Origin: a virus
DNA length: 64,000 nucleotides
IMG/VR virus record: IMGVR_UViG_3300020419_001178
Coordinates: 81,742 to 145,741 of that record
Reading direction: 5' to 3' (one strand)
Position numbers and translations under genes: made by a program. The first letter of the stretch is position 1; each line of letters opens with the position of its first letter. Positions 1 to 10,867 of this stretch are shown in pieces. Under the pieces are notes generated by a model, which saw only the letters and a list, made by a program, of their open reading frames with translations, did no database searches and was not told where the DNA came from.

Positions 1-33
1 TTTTATCTTTATTTCTTTATATAAGTCTGCCAT
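1..33 (-). CDS. 5' end of a gene running off the window (MADLYKEIKIK...), possibly a gp25-like baseplate wedge protein
   Basis: ATG at 33 on minus strand, open to the window edge; identity inferred only from position after gp5/PAAR. Confidence 0.35.
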   Translation of the reverse strand, partial: MADLYKEIKIK

Positions 34-41
34 AATAATAT

Positions 42-353
42 TTATTCGTTTGCGTATACCGTGGTTTGCGTTGTACTTTTAATCTCAGCACTACAATCAT
101 AGGTATCCCCTATTCTGCCAACTTCTAAATCTTCAGCAAAAACATTTGGACTATGTGTTACTAAAGGTGTGCCGTAAACAGGTGGACAATGTGTGTGTGG
201 TTCATTGAGATCTGTCTTTCTATGTATACCGTGACCAGCAACAAATACTGTCGCACTACCCGTGTCTGTAAGTATGTCTCCAGGCGCAACACAGATTGGG
301 TGTACTGTGTTTACTATATCTCCTGATCCTACTTTTCTAGCTATCAATGGCAT
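42..353 (-). CDS. PAAR-like spike tip protein (gp5.4-like)
   Basis: 103 aa, His/Cys metal ligands, GS-x-TVF and SPNVF...RIGD repeats; directly downstream of gp5. Confidence 0.8.
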   Translation of the reverse strand: MPLIARKVGSGDIVNTVHPICVAPGDILTDTGSATVFVAGHGIHRKTDLNEPHTHCPPVYGTPLVTHSPNVFAEDLEVGRIGDTYDCSAEIKSTTQTTVYANE

Positions 354-3103
354 TATTGTACCTGCATCACTCCTCCGCCATGTGCTATCGGTGTTGGCGG
401 TGTTACGGAAGCTAACGGAGTCAACTCCCCTTTCTTAATACTTAACCAATAGCTTTGTCCTGATTCAATTCTTACTTGAGTTTTAGTCTTACCTTTATCT
501 CTTCCTTCTTTTATTGTTGAATTGACATATCCAATAGCATTTAAAAATTGATTACCTAATGAAGTAAAATTAGTAGTCGTCCAAGTAATGAATCCGGCCT
601 TTTCTCCTTTTGTCAAATACGCTACTGCTAACTTACAAGCAACAGCTGGATCATTTGCCAATTCAGGATTGTTGTAAATGTCCACCCCTATCATTCCACC
701 GTATGCTTTATAGTTGTCTGTGCCTGTCAATTGTATCAAACCTCTTCCTCGATATGTCCAACCATCGCCCGTTTCCGGACCACCGTTACCCATTCTATTT
801 CCATATACCACACTTGCTATTTGAACAGGTTTTCTAGATAACTGTTGTGCTAATGCTGTTCCTCCTGGCTTTTTAAACATTTTAAATGTGTCAATTAATC
901 CTTGAGCATTATAGTTCATGTTTTCACTCTTAGGTATAAAACTGCTTTCAGCAAATATATTAGCACAGGCCATTGCTATGGCTTCGCCGGCTCCTCCAGG
1001 AGTAGCTCCACTATTAAGTGCTTTGGCTGGATCAAGTCCTAATCCTTTAATAAGTTCACTTATAAAAAATCTTGTACTCTCTTCATAGTTGACAGGATCG
1101 TTTGGTTGTGTACCCTTGGTTCCATCATTATTATTTTGGAATATTTTTCCAGTATCTATACTTTCAGGTTCAGCATCTCCTGCCCTGAATACTCCTGATG
1201 TACTGTTTCGTTCTGGCATATCAGATTCTTTTGTTAATGGAGAATTTTGTGTTCGTACTTCAGGTGCTGGTGAATTTATACTGTCTGTTTCTCCTGGTGT
1301 ATGAGCAGAAGGATTAAAACTTTCATGTGAGTTCCACGGCTCATGTTGCGGAGTTCTTCTTGGTAGTAATGCTATAGCGGCGTCTGATGCTCTTGAAGCA
1401 TCTGCTGTAACCCTTAAAGGGCTTCCAGAAGAGTCATTTATAATAACTCCGTCTTTATCTAAAACTTGATCATCATCGTCAACTACTTGATTTGTAGCAG
1501 GTTTAGTAAATGTATCACCTATAGAGTCTGATGTATCTGAAGGATCTGGAACTTGTGCCGGACTGTTCATGTGTATTTGTAAAGCCTGCTCTCGGTGTAC
1601 ATCAACTGATAAAATTTGCGTTTTACCTCCAGCGTCTAATTTATTATCAGTAGCACTTTTAATTTGTGTATTAGCGCCACTTGTAAATTTATTATCGCCT
1701 ACAGTATTTAAATTAAACGCCCCATTGACCGTCTGTCTGTAATCGCCAACAACCTTTGAATGGAAGTTTTGATTAATTGCTATATGTCCATCTAATGTAA
1801 CCTGTAGATTATAGTCGCCCGTAATTGTAGTCCTATGTGTTCCTTCTATTTGGACATCTTCATCAATACCAATTGCTTTTGCTCTATTACCACCAATTTT
1901 TAAATCTTGATCAATAGCAACATATTTTGTATCATTTTGTAAAATTCTCACATCATTGTTCTGTGCTACCTTAACTTTTTTATCACGCAAAGCTGTAAGG
2001 TTAAAATCTCTTCCAGCAAGTATATTGATATCTCTGTCAGCAGTAATGTTTAAGTCTGTTTCTGTTCTTATGTTTATACTATCACTTGCGTAGATATCAA
2101 TTTTTCCATTAGAGGTCATTTCTAACCAAGCACTACCTGTTGCGTTTCCTATATAGATTATGTCTTCAGAATTATGTAAAAGTATCTGATGGCCTGTTCT
2201 AGTTCTCAAACGCACATGGTCATTAAACGGTATAGTCTGATCACCCTTTGACACATTCTCTGGAATTGCTTCTATGTCATAGTATTTTGCTCCTGTATTT
2301 CCTGCTTGACCTGCTCTAATTATTGAAGGATCTCCGTCGTCCATAACAAAACTAGAACCACCTAGTCTACTTCTAAAAAATTCAATAGACTGACCTTTTT
2401 CTCCGTAACTTCCTTTAGGTGCTCCGTCCCTCTTATCTAATGGTCCTGGAGTATTCCAACCGTATACAGTATTAGGAGTATCTCGTCTAGCACTAGAAGT
2501 AGTTTGACCTCTAATTGGATCTTTTAACAAACCTTGTGTAGAAAGAGCTCCTGCGAATAACGGATTATGGGGTCTTTTAAAACGATCAGGATCATAACCT
2601 TTATGTGTTTGTTTTTTATTATATTCGCCTGTAGGAAGTCTTCTACCTTTTAAATCATTTGTTAGGCCGTCCTGGTAAATTAAATCCGCAGACGACGTTG
2701 GATTACTCCCCGGAACCATGCTATTCATATATTGGTCTTGAACACATCCTATCCAAAAACATTGATTAGGTTTGTTTTCAACAAACATAACCAAAACCTT
2801 AGTACCCGGATCAGGTGGTACTGCCCAGAAGCCATAACTTTGTTGTGTGCCAGCATATTGTTCATTACGTGTATTTGACTGTGCGTCATTTACTCCGTAA
2901 AAAGGCATACAATAATGTGCTGTAAATTGTTGTCCTGCGGGAAACTGTTCTTGCCCACTTGGATTAGCAAATGATAAAAGTTCAACTCTCAGTGATCCCA
3001 TTCGGTGTGAATCAAGATGATTCACAACTCTTGCTAGAAAGGGCCCACTTGTAAAATTCTTTTCGGGTTTTGCTCCCTCACTTCTTTTTATTTCCCCTGC
3101 CAT
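353..3103 (-). CDS. gp5: Baseplate central spike gp5-like protein with C-terminal GH19 (chitinase-like) lysozyme
   Basis: N-terminal OB-fold-like region (PPDPGTKVLVMF), RLRTRTGHQI plus beta-helix repeats, C-terminal GH19 motif DGWTYRGRGLIQLTGTDNY. Confidence 0.85.
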   Translation of the reverse strand: MAGEIKRSEGAKPEKNFTSGPFLARVVNHLDSHRMGSLRVELLSFANPSGQEQFPAGQQFTAHYCMPFYGVNDAQSNTRNEQYAGTQQSYGFWAVPPDPGTKVLVMFVENKPNQCFWIGCVQDQYMNSMVPGSNPTSSADLIYQDGLTNDLKGRRLPTGEYNKKQTHKGYDPDRFKRPHNPLFAGALSTQGLLKDPIRGQTTSSARRDTPNTVYGWNTPGPLDKRDGAPKGSYGEKGQSIEFFRSRLGGSSFVMDDGDPSIIRAGQAGNTGAKYYDIEAIPENVSKGDQTIPFNDHVRLRTRTGHQILLHNSEDIIYIGNATGSAWLEMTSNGKIDIYASDSINIRTETDLNITADRDINILAGRDFNLTALRDKKVKVAQNNDVRILQNDTKYVAIDQDLKIGGNRAKAIGIDEDVQIEGTHRTTITGDYNLQVTLDGHIAINQNFHSKVVGDYRQTVNGAFNLNTVGDNKFTSGANTQIKSATDNKLDAGGKTQILSVDVHREQALQIHMNSPAQVPDPSDTSDSIGDTFTKPATNQVVDDDDQVLDKDGVIINDSSGSPLRVTADASRASDAAIALLPRRTPQHEPWNSHESFNPSAHTPGETDSINSPAPEVRTQNSPLTKESDMPERNSTSGVFRAGDAEPESIDTGKIFQNNNDGTKGTQPNDPVNYEESTRFFISELIKGLGLDPAKALNSGATPGGAGEAIAMACANIFAESSFIPKSENMNYNAQGLIDTFKMFKKPGGTALAQQLSRKPVQIASVVYGNRMGNGGPETGDGWTYRGRGLIQLTGTDNYKAYGGMIGVDIYNNPELANDPAVACKLAVAYLTKGEKAGFITWTTTNFTSLGNQFLNAIGYVNSTIKEGRDKGKTKTQVRIESGQSYWLSIKKGELTPLASVTPPTPIAHGGGVMQVQ

Positions 3104-5895
3104 TACAATCCGCCTCGTATTCTACCAGCTTGATCAACATCATCTAATTTTTTCTTTACTGCGTAATCTGCCTTACGCATTTCAAATTGGGCAAGATCAG
3201 CTTTTGTATTTTGTAGATACTTTTCATAAGCCTGCGTTTCTGTACCAGCATTCAATTTACCATCTTCGTTAAAATCAGCTAATGCTCTTGCTAATTCATC
3301 AGCATTTCCTGACGCTATGGCAGTATCAATTCTGGCTTGTCTTGCGTCTCTTTGGTTGAATATTTGCTCTTTTATTTTCTCAGCATTGTCGTATGATTCT
3401 TTAGCATATTGATTAAGTCTTCTTACAAGAGTCAATTCGTTGGTATATGTATTTCCTCTGAAACTGTTAGTGACAGTAATCACTTTGTATAAACCACTAA
3501 ATTGAGCAACATCCTCTAATCCTTTTGCTGTTGGACTACCTTCACCTATGTCAACTGGTGTCTTAAAGTTAATTATTATATCAACCTCTCCGTTTTGGTG
3601 ATTCATGGTTCCGTCAGCATTTATGTTTATAAAAGGTGTGGGTGCTGAAAAATAGTTTCCTAGTCCGCTGTCCGACATGAAATACAGATCTCCAAGGATA
3701 GTCAAATCCGCTGATATAAGATCAGCAGGACTGTTTATTAAAGAATCTTGGAAAGCTCTAGCTACTCTCACAGAAGGTGTCTCAGCTACAGCACCATTTG
3801 TCTGTTCATCTTGTTGGGTTTCATTTAATGAAGCAACGATATCTGCTGTTTTTAAAATATTATTGTTTCTTGTTCCTGATGCCGCTTTCATATCTGTAGC
3901 TGGGTCTTGGTTGTCACGACCACTACTGGATAAATCATTGCTTGTGGAACTATTCATAAAATCTTTAGCAATAGCTGTAAAAAATGCTGTTCGGAAATTA
4001 ATATCAAAGCTAAGAACATCCGTATTTTTTCCAGTATAGATATAATTGTAATGTTTTACTGCTTGTTGTTTAAGAAATCCATAACCTACAGGAGGATCAT
4101 TTGGCATCATGAATACTGAACAATGTACCTTAGCTGGCACTACGTTGTATACAAAAATTTTAGGAAACTTATTAAACTTTCCTTTATTTACAGGAGCATC
4201 AAGCACATAGGTTTGTACTTCAATTCTAAACCAATCAACGAATCCTGTATTTGAGTCAGTTACCAGTTGTCCTTTCTTTAAAAGTCCTTTTCCCCAATCA
4301 CTAATTAAAACCAATTCTTCTATAATTCTTTGAATTTTTGTGCCTTGTTTAAATTGAATATTTTTACTGGTTGGATTAATTGTTGTTCCGTTCCTATGAA
4401 CTACTTTAGCCTTTGGATCGTAAACAAAATTTGGATATCCAAAATTACTTGAGCCAGGATCTAAACTTCCATCTGTAAACATTTGTGTAGAACCAATTTT
4501 ATTAGTAAAATTACTAGCAGTGAATTCGTTTTTAATTTTTTCACTTAGATTGTTTCTTTTAATACTGTATCCTAGTTTATTATCAACAAAAGTTTTTACC
4601 TGACTTTCTATCGAACCTCCAAATTGAGGTCTTGGATCTATAAAGTCTACACCAACAGCAGATCCTAGCACTTCCTCTTGATCATATTCTCTTTTATCTT
4701 TTGTAAAATCACCAAATAATGCTGTGTTGTCTACATCAGCAAGTGTATCTTTCATTATATTCTGTGCCATGTCTGTAGGAAATAAGATTATTATTTCATC
4801 CGGCTCATGTGGTTGTTTTCCTTTTGTAGCTGTTGTAAGTTTGCTACTATTCACTGCGGTAGCTAAACTATTCACTCCTGTTTGTAAAATTTCCTGTATT
4901 GTTCTACCACTTATAGATACGTTATCAGGTATGCTTTGATTTTGGTCTGTCAACGCATTTTCATTGAACGGGGTTGCTTTTACTGTATATCTAGATCCTC
5001 CGCCGTTAACGTCAAATTCAACACTGAAAATCTTGACACACATTTGTCGTTTAGGTTCTCTAGCAGGGAAAAGTTTATGTAAGTCTCCCTCGACGTCTTT
5101 GTATCCTACAACATCTAATTGAAGTAGATATGGGCATTCTAGATAATTAGAATATCCAGCTTTCATCGCACATAATTGTAAATGTTGTAAAAACTGTCCC
5201 ATACTATAAGGTTCAGTGACTTCAAATTCTATAGCAAAAGCCGTGGTCACTCTAGTTTTTTTGTTAGGAGCAACTACAGATTTAATGGAAACATTATCTA
5301 TATAATATTCTGTGTTAGGTATTTTTTGTTTCTTTTCTAGCTCAGTCATAGGTCTAGCAGGCATTGGGCCTGCCGCTGAAACTGATCCCGGAAAGCCACC
5401 CATCTTAATTACAGTCTGCTGAGCCTTTGGACCTTTCAATCTATAAGTCTTATGGGGGAAATTACACTCATCGTTACTTAAAGCGGCTAATGTCCAAAGA
5501 TAATTCTTGCTGGCATACGCATCTAAGCTGTTTGGTTTTCTTGCTGATCCAAAATGGAAATTCCTAAAAGTATCCATTGTGTCTTGACTAATAGCTGATC
5601 TTTCGGCGGCCATTTCTTCTTCTTCAGATATTTCACCTAAATCCGTGCTATATCCATTAGCTACAAATTTAGGAGCATTAGGATCAGCATCTCCTACTGT
5701 AGCAGATTCTGATTTTGCTCCTGAAGTATCTTTCTTAATATTATTATTGTCAGGTTTTACTTTATTTTCTTTTTTTCTTTCAGCTACTTCAAGGTCTTCA
5801 TCGGTTTGTTCGCCTACAAGTTTTTCACCTTCGGGTGTAAAAAACTTTTTTTTACCTACTACTATATCAGCGTAGGTATAAGGTTGTTCAGCCAT
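3103..5895 (-). CDS. Large baseplate hub-like protein (possible gp27/GpD-like)
   Basis: 930-aa ORF translationally coupled to gp5; C-terminal FSGLYKVITVTNSFRGNTYTNELTL resembles hub proteins. Confidence 0.5.
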   Translation of the reverse strand: MAEQPYTYADIVVGKKKFFTPEGEKLVGEQTDEDLEVAERKKENKVKPDNNNIKKDTSGAKSESATVGDADPNAPKFVANGYSTDLGEISEEEEMAAERSAISQDTMDTFRNFHFGSARKPNSLDAYASKNYLWTLAALSNDECNFPHKTYRLKGPKAQQTVIKMGGFPGSVSAAGPMPARPMTELEKKQKIPNTEYYIDNVSIKSVVAPNKKTRVTTAFAIEFEVTEPYSMGQFLQHLQLCAMKAGYSNYLECPYLLQLDVVGYKDVEGDLHKLFPAREPKRQMCVKIFSVEFDVNGGGSRYTVKATPFNENALTDQNQSIPDNVSISGRTIQEILQTGVNSLATAVNSSKLTTATKGKQPHEPDEIIILFPTDMAQNIMKDTLADVDNTALFGDFTKDKREYDQEEVLGSAVGVDFIDPRPQFGGSIESQVKTFVDNKLGYSIKRNNLSEKIKNEFTASNFTNKIGSTQMFTDGSLDPGSSNFGYPNFVYDPKAKVVHRNGTTINPTSKNIQFKQGTKIQRIIEELVLISDWGKGLLKKGQLVTDSNTGFVDWFRIEVQTYVLDAPVNKGKFNKFPKIFVYNVVPAKVHCSVFMMPNDPPVGYGFLKQQAVKHYNYIYTGKNTDVLSFDINFRTAFFTAIAKDFMNSSTSNDLSSSGRDNQDPATDMKAASGTRNNNILKTADIVASLNETQQDEQTNGAVAETPSVRVARAFQDSLINSPADLISADLTILGDLYFMSDSGLGNYFSAPTPFININADGTMNHQNGEVDIIINFKTPVDIGEGSPTAKGLEDVAQFSGLYKVITVTNSFRGNTYTNELTLVRRLNQYAKESYDNAEKIKEQIFNQRDARQARIDTAIASGNADELARALADFNEDGKLNAGTETQAYEKYLQNTKADLAQFEMRKADYAVKKKLDDVDQAGRIRGGL

Positions 5896-5898
5896 GTA

Positions 5899-6183
5899 TT
5901 ACTCCAATGCGTCACGAACCCTAGTAGGGTTTGGTAAAAAGATAGAAGTACCTGTAGTGATATCATATACAAAATCTTCTATTACATCTAAATTTCTTTG
6001 ACCAAATATCCACCATAGATCCTTATTACCATAATAATCATATGCTAGTAAATCGGGTCTATGATTGTACTGTGGTTCTATTGTATACAATTTGTCATCA
6101 GTGAAAGAAGGAATAGGTCGTATTGTCAAAAGATCTAACGTTCCGTTTCCTTTTAAATCTGTATTTTTATATGGACTACTCAT
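5899..6183 (-). CDS. Baseplate wedge gp53-like / LysM-like protein
   Basis: RPDLLAYDYYGNKDLWWIF motif. Confidence 0.7.
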   Translation of the reverse strand: MSSPYKNTDLKGNGTLDLLTIRPIPSFTDDKLYTIEPQYNHRPDLLAYDYYGNKDLWWIFGQRNLDVIEDFVYDITTGTSIFLPNPTRVRDALE

Positions 6184-7118
6184 TAAATGTATCCTTTGCC
6201 TATATTATCTCCATTAACAAAGTCACTGTAACTAAATTTAGATACTTTAGCTCTGCTGTAGATCGGTTGTACTGTTACTGTAAATTGTGATTCCGCAGGT
6301 GCCCACGCAACTGACATTCTATCAGCTTGAGATTTTATAGAACCTCCAAAGTCTGAAAAATCAATAGGATCAAAACCTGTGGCTATGTAATCAACTTCAT
6401 TAGGCATGTCAACAGTAAAGTTAACAATTACACAAGGTACGTTGTTAAAAACATAATCACCGTAACCATTTAAATTAATTACGGGAGGTGGATTACCTCT
6501 TCCGGTGTCGTCAACGCCATGTTGCATTTTTGTTACTGTTCTTAAATAATGTAAACATCCTATCCAATATTTTGCTTCAAGACCATTTTGATTATAAAAC
6601 TGTCCTGTAATAACTAGTTGATCCACTTGTGAATTCTGATACGCAAAGAACGGATAATTATTATGTATAGGAGCCACTTGGTTATAATTTGCTGAGTGAC
6701 TTAATATAATAGTAGGAGTATAAGGAAACATCATTCCTCCTGTGTTAACCAAAGGCGAAATAATCGGTGAATTTTCAAAATTTGTTGGCAAGCTCAATTT
6801 GACTCTCCAATCTCTATCTTCGACTGTAGACTGTCCCCAATATGCTTGTGACTTGGTAGTTCCTAGTTCAGAATCTCCACCTTTCAAACCTTTGGATCGC
6901 ATGTTGCTTGCAAAGTTTTCAGCACCACCTGAAACACCATCATATATATCTTGTGCGGTATTTTTCATTCCTTGGTACATTGGTGATTCTGTCAACCAAC
7001 TTGGAGCATTGCCTCCCGCTGTGTTTTGTCCTTCACTAGCAAAAGCTGTTTTAGATTTATCTACTGCTTGGCTTACGCCGTTTTTGCTAATTACGCCGTT
7101 TTTGAAATATGATGTCAT
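6183..7118 (-). CDS. Tail tube initiator / baseplate (gp48/gp54-like) protein
   Basis: FPYTPTI...PPPVINLNGYG...NVPCVIVNFTVDMP pattern of tube-fold baseplate proteins; baseplate context. Confidence 0.55.
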   Translation of the reverse strand: MTSYFKNGVISKNGVSQAVDKSKTAFASEGQNTAGGNAPSWLTESPMYQGMKNTAQDIYDGVSGGAENFASNMRSKGLKGGDSELGTTKSQAYWGQSTVEDRDWRVKLSLPTNFENSPIISPLVNTGGMMFPYTPTIILSHSANYNQVAPIHNNYPFFAYQNSQVDQLVITGQFYNQNGLEAKYWIGCLHYLRTVTKMQHGVDDTGRGNPPPVINLNGYGDYVFNNVPCVIVNFTVDMPNEVDYIATGFDPIDFSDFGGSIKSQADRMSVAWAPAESQFTVTVQPIYSRAKVSKFSYSDFVNGDNIGKGYI

Positions 7119-7137
7119 TTGGTAAACTCCTTACTAT

Positions 7138-7143
7138 TATTTA
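7138..7143 (-). promoter_or_regulatory. Late promoter (TAAATA) for the baseplate operon
   Basis: TAAATA on minus strand ~20 nt upstream of the 7118 start, with AGGAG SD between. Confidence 0.6.
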
Positions 7144-7144
7144 G

Positions 7145-7173
7145 TTGACAAAATTAACAGAGTATATTATAAT
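7145..7173 (+). promoter_or_regulatory. sigma70-type early promoter of gp55
   Basis: TTGACA-17 nt-TATAAT, perfect consensus. Confidence 0.85.
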
Positions 7174-7196
7174 GTGGTATAAACCTTGGAGAAAAG

Positions 7197-8036
7197 ATGA
7201 AAAGAATCAATTATTTAAACAACAAAGACATACTATCAGAGATACACAAGTCTAAGTCGTCGTTTTGTAGCTTTACAGACAATGATTTTGCTGACTTTGA
7301 TATAATCTTACCTAGTATAGCTAAAATAAATGTCCGAACAGTGGCAGAAGCAAAAAGGAACAAGGCAAAAAAATTACAGCAAAGAGCATTCGAAAAGGCA
7401 AAAGAAAGTGGAAAGAGAGTTAAATTAGCAGAATTTGCTATTGATTACAGAAAAATTGAGAAAACAGACGTAATATTTAGAATTATGATGTATGATCATA
7501 TTCCTGAGGAACCTGGCAGGAAAAAGAATCCAAAGACTATAGCAGACACAAAAACAAAAGTAAATTTTCCTCCATTCCAACACTTTAAATACAATGACCA
7601 AGGTGATCTAATTATTGTAGGGAAAAGTCATTGGGAAGGCGGTATGGAAAATGGTAATTTTACCAAAGAAGGCGGTAAGGTAACAAACAAACTGGCTTTA
7701 ATGTGGATGAAACTTTGTGATAGATATGCTACTAGAGGTAATGTTAGAGGCTACACATATAATGACGAAATGCGTGGACAAGCTATATTACAGTTATCAC
7801 AAATTGGATTACAGTTTGACGAGTCAAAATCTAATAATCCGTTTGCTTATTATACTGCGGCAGTAACCAATTCATTTGTAAGAGTAATTAACATAGAAAA
7901 ACGTAATCAAAACATACGTGATGATATTTTAGAAATGAATCACATGAACCCTAGTTACACAAGACAAGCTAAAGGTGAATGGGAAAGACAACAGCGTGAT
8001 CATGTGGCTAGCCAAAAAACCACAAAAAGTGATTGA
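7197..8036 (+). CDS. gp55: Late-transcription sigma factor, gp55-like
   Basis: NYLNNKD N-terminus; RGYTYNDEM...FDESKSNNPFAYYT motif. Confidence 0.85.
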   Translation: MKRINYLNNKDILSEIHKSKSSFCSFTDNDFADFDIILPSIAKINVRTVAEAKRNKAKKLQQRAFEKAKESGKRVKLAEFAIDYRKIEKTDVIFRIMMYDHIPEEPGRKKNPKTIADTKTKVNFPPFQHFKYNDQGDLIIVGKSHWEGGMENGNFTKEGGKVTNKLALMWMKLCDRYATRGNVRGYTYNDEMRGQAILQLSQIGLQFDESKSNNPFAYYTAAVTNSFVRVINIEKRNQNIRDDILEMNHMNPSYTRQAKGEWERQQRDHVASQKTTKSD

Positions 8037-8061
8037 CAAACTGTAGATTTTCTATTATAAT
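8033..8061 (+). promoter_or_regulatory. sigma70-type early promoter of the gp47/gp46 operon
   Basis: TTGACA-17 nt-TATAAT, perfect consensus. Confidence 0.85.
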
Positions 8062-8081
8062 ACTAGAGGAAGGATTGTAAT

Positions 8082-9092
8082 TTGTTTAAAAAAGCGGCTG
8101 TCTTTACTGATATCCACCTTGGATTAAAGTCTAACAGTAAAGTACACTTACAAGATTGCGAAGAGTTCGTAGATTGGTTTATTGAACAGGCAAAAGCCAA
8201 CGGTTGTGAAACCGGAATCTTCTGCGGTGACTGGCATCATAATCGAAATACTATCAACGTACAAACATTAGACACAACAACAAGATGTTTAGAAAAATTA
8301 GGTGCGGCATTTGAAAAGTTTTATTTCTTTGCTGGTAACCACGACTTATACTACAAAGATAAACGTGATGTGTATAGTGTTGAATTTGGTAAGCATATCC
8401 CTGGTATCACTTATGTTGACGATATACTAGTTGAAGATGATGTAGCACTAATTCCTTGGTTGGTTGGAGAGGAATGGAAAAAGATTTCTAGTATAAAGAC
8501 AAAGTATATGTTTGGTCATTTTGAACTTCCAAACTTTTACATGAATGCTATGGTACAGATGCCTGACACTGGTGAACTTAAAGCTGAACATTTTAAACAT
8601 CAAGAATATGTTTTTTCAGGACACTTTCATAAAAGACAGATTCAAGGAAGAATACATTACTTAGGAAATGCTTTTCCACACAACTACGCAGACGCATGGG
8701 ACGACAAGCGTGGTATGATGATACTTGACAAAGAAAATAACAAAGAACCACATTACATTGACTGGGACGATTGTCCAAAATATAGAACAGTTAAACTTTC
8801 ACAACTGTTGGACGAAAAAGACAAATTATTAAAAAGTAAAATGTACTTAAGAGTAACACTTGACTTACCTATTTCATACGAAGAAGCAAGTTTTATTAAA
8901 GAAACATTTGTAAACGATTATGACTGTAGAGAAATAACACTTATTCCAAGTCAAAAAGATGAAGAAATTCATACAGATATAGATATCAGTACCTTTGAAA
9001 GTGTAGATCAAATTGTTACTAAAGAGATTACTGCTATTGATACTGAACAGTACGATAAAAATACATTGTTAAGGATATATGACGAACTATGA
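8082..9092 (+). CDS. gp47: Recombination endonuclease subunit (Mre11/SbcD-like)
   Basis: Metallophosphoesterase motifs DIH, GD, GNHD, GHF, SGHFH; TTG start with AGGA SD. Confidence 0.92.
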   Translation: MFKKAAVFTDIHLGLKSNSKVHLQDCEEFVDWFIEQAKANGCETGIFCGDWHHNRNTINVQTLDTTTRCLEKLGAAFEKFYFFAGNHDLYYKDKRDVYSVEFGKHIPGITYVDDILVEDDVALIPWLVGEEWKKISSIKTKYMFGHFELPNFYMNAMVQMPDTGELKAEHFKHQEYVFSGHFHKRQIQGRIHYLGNAFPHNYADAWDDKRGMMILDKENNKEPHYIDWDDCPKYRTVKLSQLLDEKDKLLKSKMYLRVTLDLPISYEEASFIKETFVNDYDCREITLIPSQKDEEIHTDIDISTFESVDQIVTKEITAIDTEQYDKNTLLRIYDEL

Positions 9093-10867
9093 TTAAGATA
9101 AAAAGCCTTACAGTAAAAAACTTTATGAGTGTGGGTAATCAAACCCAAGCAGTTGACTTTGATAAACAACAATTAACACTAGTTCTAGGAGAGAATCTTG
9201 ATCAGGGTGGTGATGACATGGGATCAAGGAACGGCACTGGTAAGACAACTATTATAAATGCCTTAAGCTATGCTCTATACGGACTAGCACTCACTAATAT
9301 AAGAAGAAACAATCTAATCAATAAGACTAATAATAAAGGAATGTTGGTTACATTAACTTTTGAGAAAGATGGCACTAGCTATAAAGTAGAAAGAGGACGT
9401 GGTCCTAACTTATTGAAGTTTTTTATCAATGACCAAGAACAAGAATTAGTAGATGAAAGCCAAGGTGACAGTAGAAAAACACAAGAAACAATAAATGAAT
9501 TGTTAGGCATGAGTCATAATATGTTTAAGCACATACTTGCTTTAAACACATATACAGAGCCTTTTTTAAGTATGAAGGTAAATGATCAAAAAGATATAAT
9601 TGAACAACTTCTTGGTATTACTATTCTATCTGAAAAAGCAGAAACACTGAAAGAGAAAATAAAACAAACAAGAGATTCGATTACTGAAGAAAACGCAAAT
9701 ATAAATGCTAGACAACAAAGCAATGACAGAATAAAAGAAACCATCGACAGTCTTAAAATAAAACAAAGTGCCTGGGAGAGTAATAAAAAGACAAATCTTA
9801 AAAAACTTGAAAAAGGTATATCTGAATTAGAACATCTTGATGTAGATAGCGAACTTGATAAACATGAAAAATTACAATCGTGGGAAGAATTAAATACAAA
9901 AATTACTACATTGAGAAAAGAAACAGCAACTCTTGATTCGACACTCTTAAGGGCAAATAAGTCTGTAGACAAAGTTAAAAAGGATATAGAAGAACTTGAC
10001 AATGCTGTTTGTTATGCGTGTGGTCAGGAGCTACAGGAAGATAAAGTCAAAGAGATTGAAAACAAAAAAGCCAAAGAGCTTGAAGATGCTGAGACATATC
10101 AAAAAGAAATAAATGATAAACTAATTGAAGTTAATACAGAGTTGACAAATATCGGAGATATAAACGGTAGGCCGGATACGTTTTATGAAACGATAAAAGA
10201 AGTATATGATCACAAACAAAATGTAGCACAATTAAAACAGGCATTAGAAAATAGTAATAACGAAACTGATCCTTATCAGGAACAAATAGAAGATCTAACT
10301 AAAACTGGAATCCAAGAAGTTGATTGGACTACAATCAACGCACTCAATGATCTAAAAGAACATCAAGAGTTCTTACTAAAACTGTTAACAAACAAAGATA
10401 GTTTTATACGTAAAAAGATCATAGATCAAAACTTGGCATACTTGAACAACAGGCTCACTCATTATCTTGATAAGCTAGGACTTCCACATCAGGTTGTATT
10501 TCAAAATGACTTGAATGTTGAAATTACACAGCTTGGACAAGATCTTGATTTCGACAATCTTTCCAGAGGCGAGCGTAATAGATTAATACTTGGTATGAGT
10601 TTTGCTTTCAGAGATGTCTGGGAGAGCTTGTATCAAAATATTAACCTACTGTTCATCGACGAGCTTGTTGATTCAGGTATGGATACTAGTGGTGTAGAGA
10701 ATAGTTTAGCAATACTTAAAAAGATGGGTAGAGAACGTCATAAAAACGTTTATCTAATATCGCACAAAGACGAACTTGTTGGTAGAGTTACACACGTATT
10801 AAAAGTAATTAAGGAAAACGGCTTTACATCATATGAAAATGACGTGGAAATATTTAATGAAAGATGA
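9089..10867 (+). CDS. gp46: Recombination ATPase subunit (Rad50/SbcC-like)
   Basis: Walker A NGTGKT, coiled coil with CYACGQ zinc hook, LSRGE signature, FIDE Walker B, ISH. Confidence 0.93.
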   Translation: MIKIKSLTVKNFMSVGNQTQAVDFDKQQLTLVLGENLDQGGDDMGSRNGTGKTTIINALSYALYGLALTNIRRNNLINKTNNKGMLVTLTFEKDGTSYKVERGRGPNLLKFFINDQEQELVDESQGDSRKTQETINELLGMSHNMFKHILALNTYTEPFLSMKVNDQKDIIEQLLGITILSEKAETLKEKIKQTRDSITEENANINARQQSNDRIKETIDSLKIKQSAWESNKKTNLKKLEKGISELEHLDVDSELDKHEKLQSWEELNTKITTLRKETATLDSTLLRANKSVDKVKKDIEELDNAVCYACGQELQEDKVKEIENKKAKELEDAETYQKEINDKLIEVNTELTNIGDINGRPDTFYETIKEVYDHKQNVAQLKQALENSNNETDPYQEQIEDLTKTGIQEVDWTTINALNDLKEHQEFLLKLLTNKDSFIRKKIIDQNLAYLNNRLTHYLDKLGLPHQVVFQNDLNVEITQLGQDLDFDNLSRGERNRLILGMSFAFRDVWESLYQNINLLFIDELVDSGMDTSGVENSLAILKKMGRERHKNVYLISHKDELVGRVTHVLKVIKENGFTSYENDVEIFNER

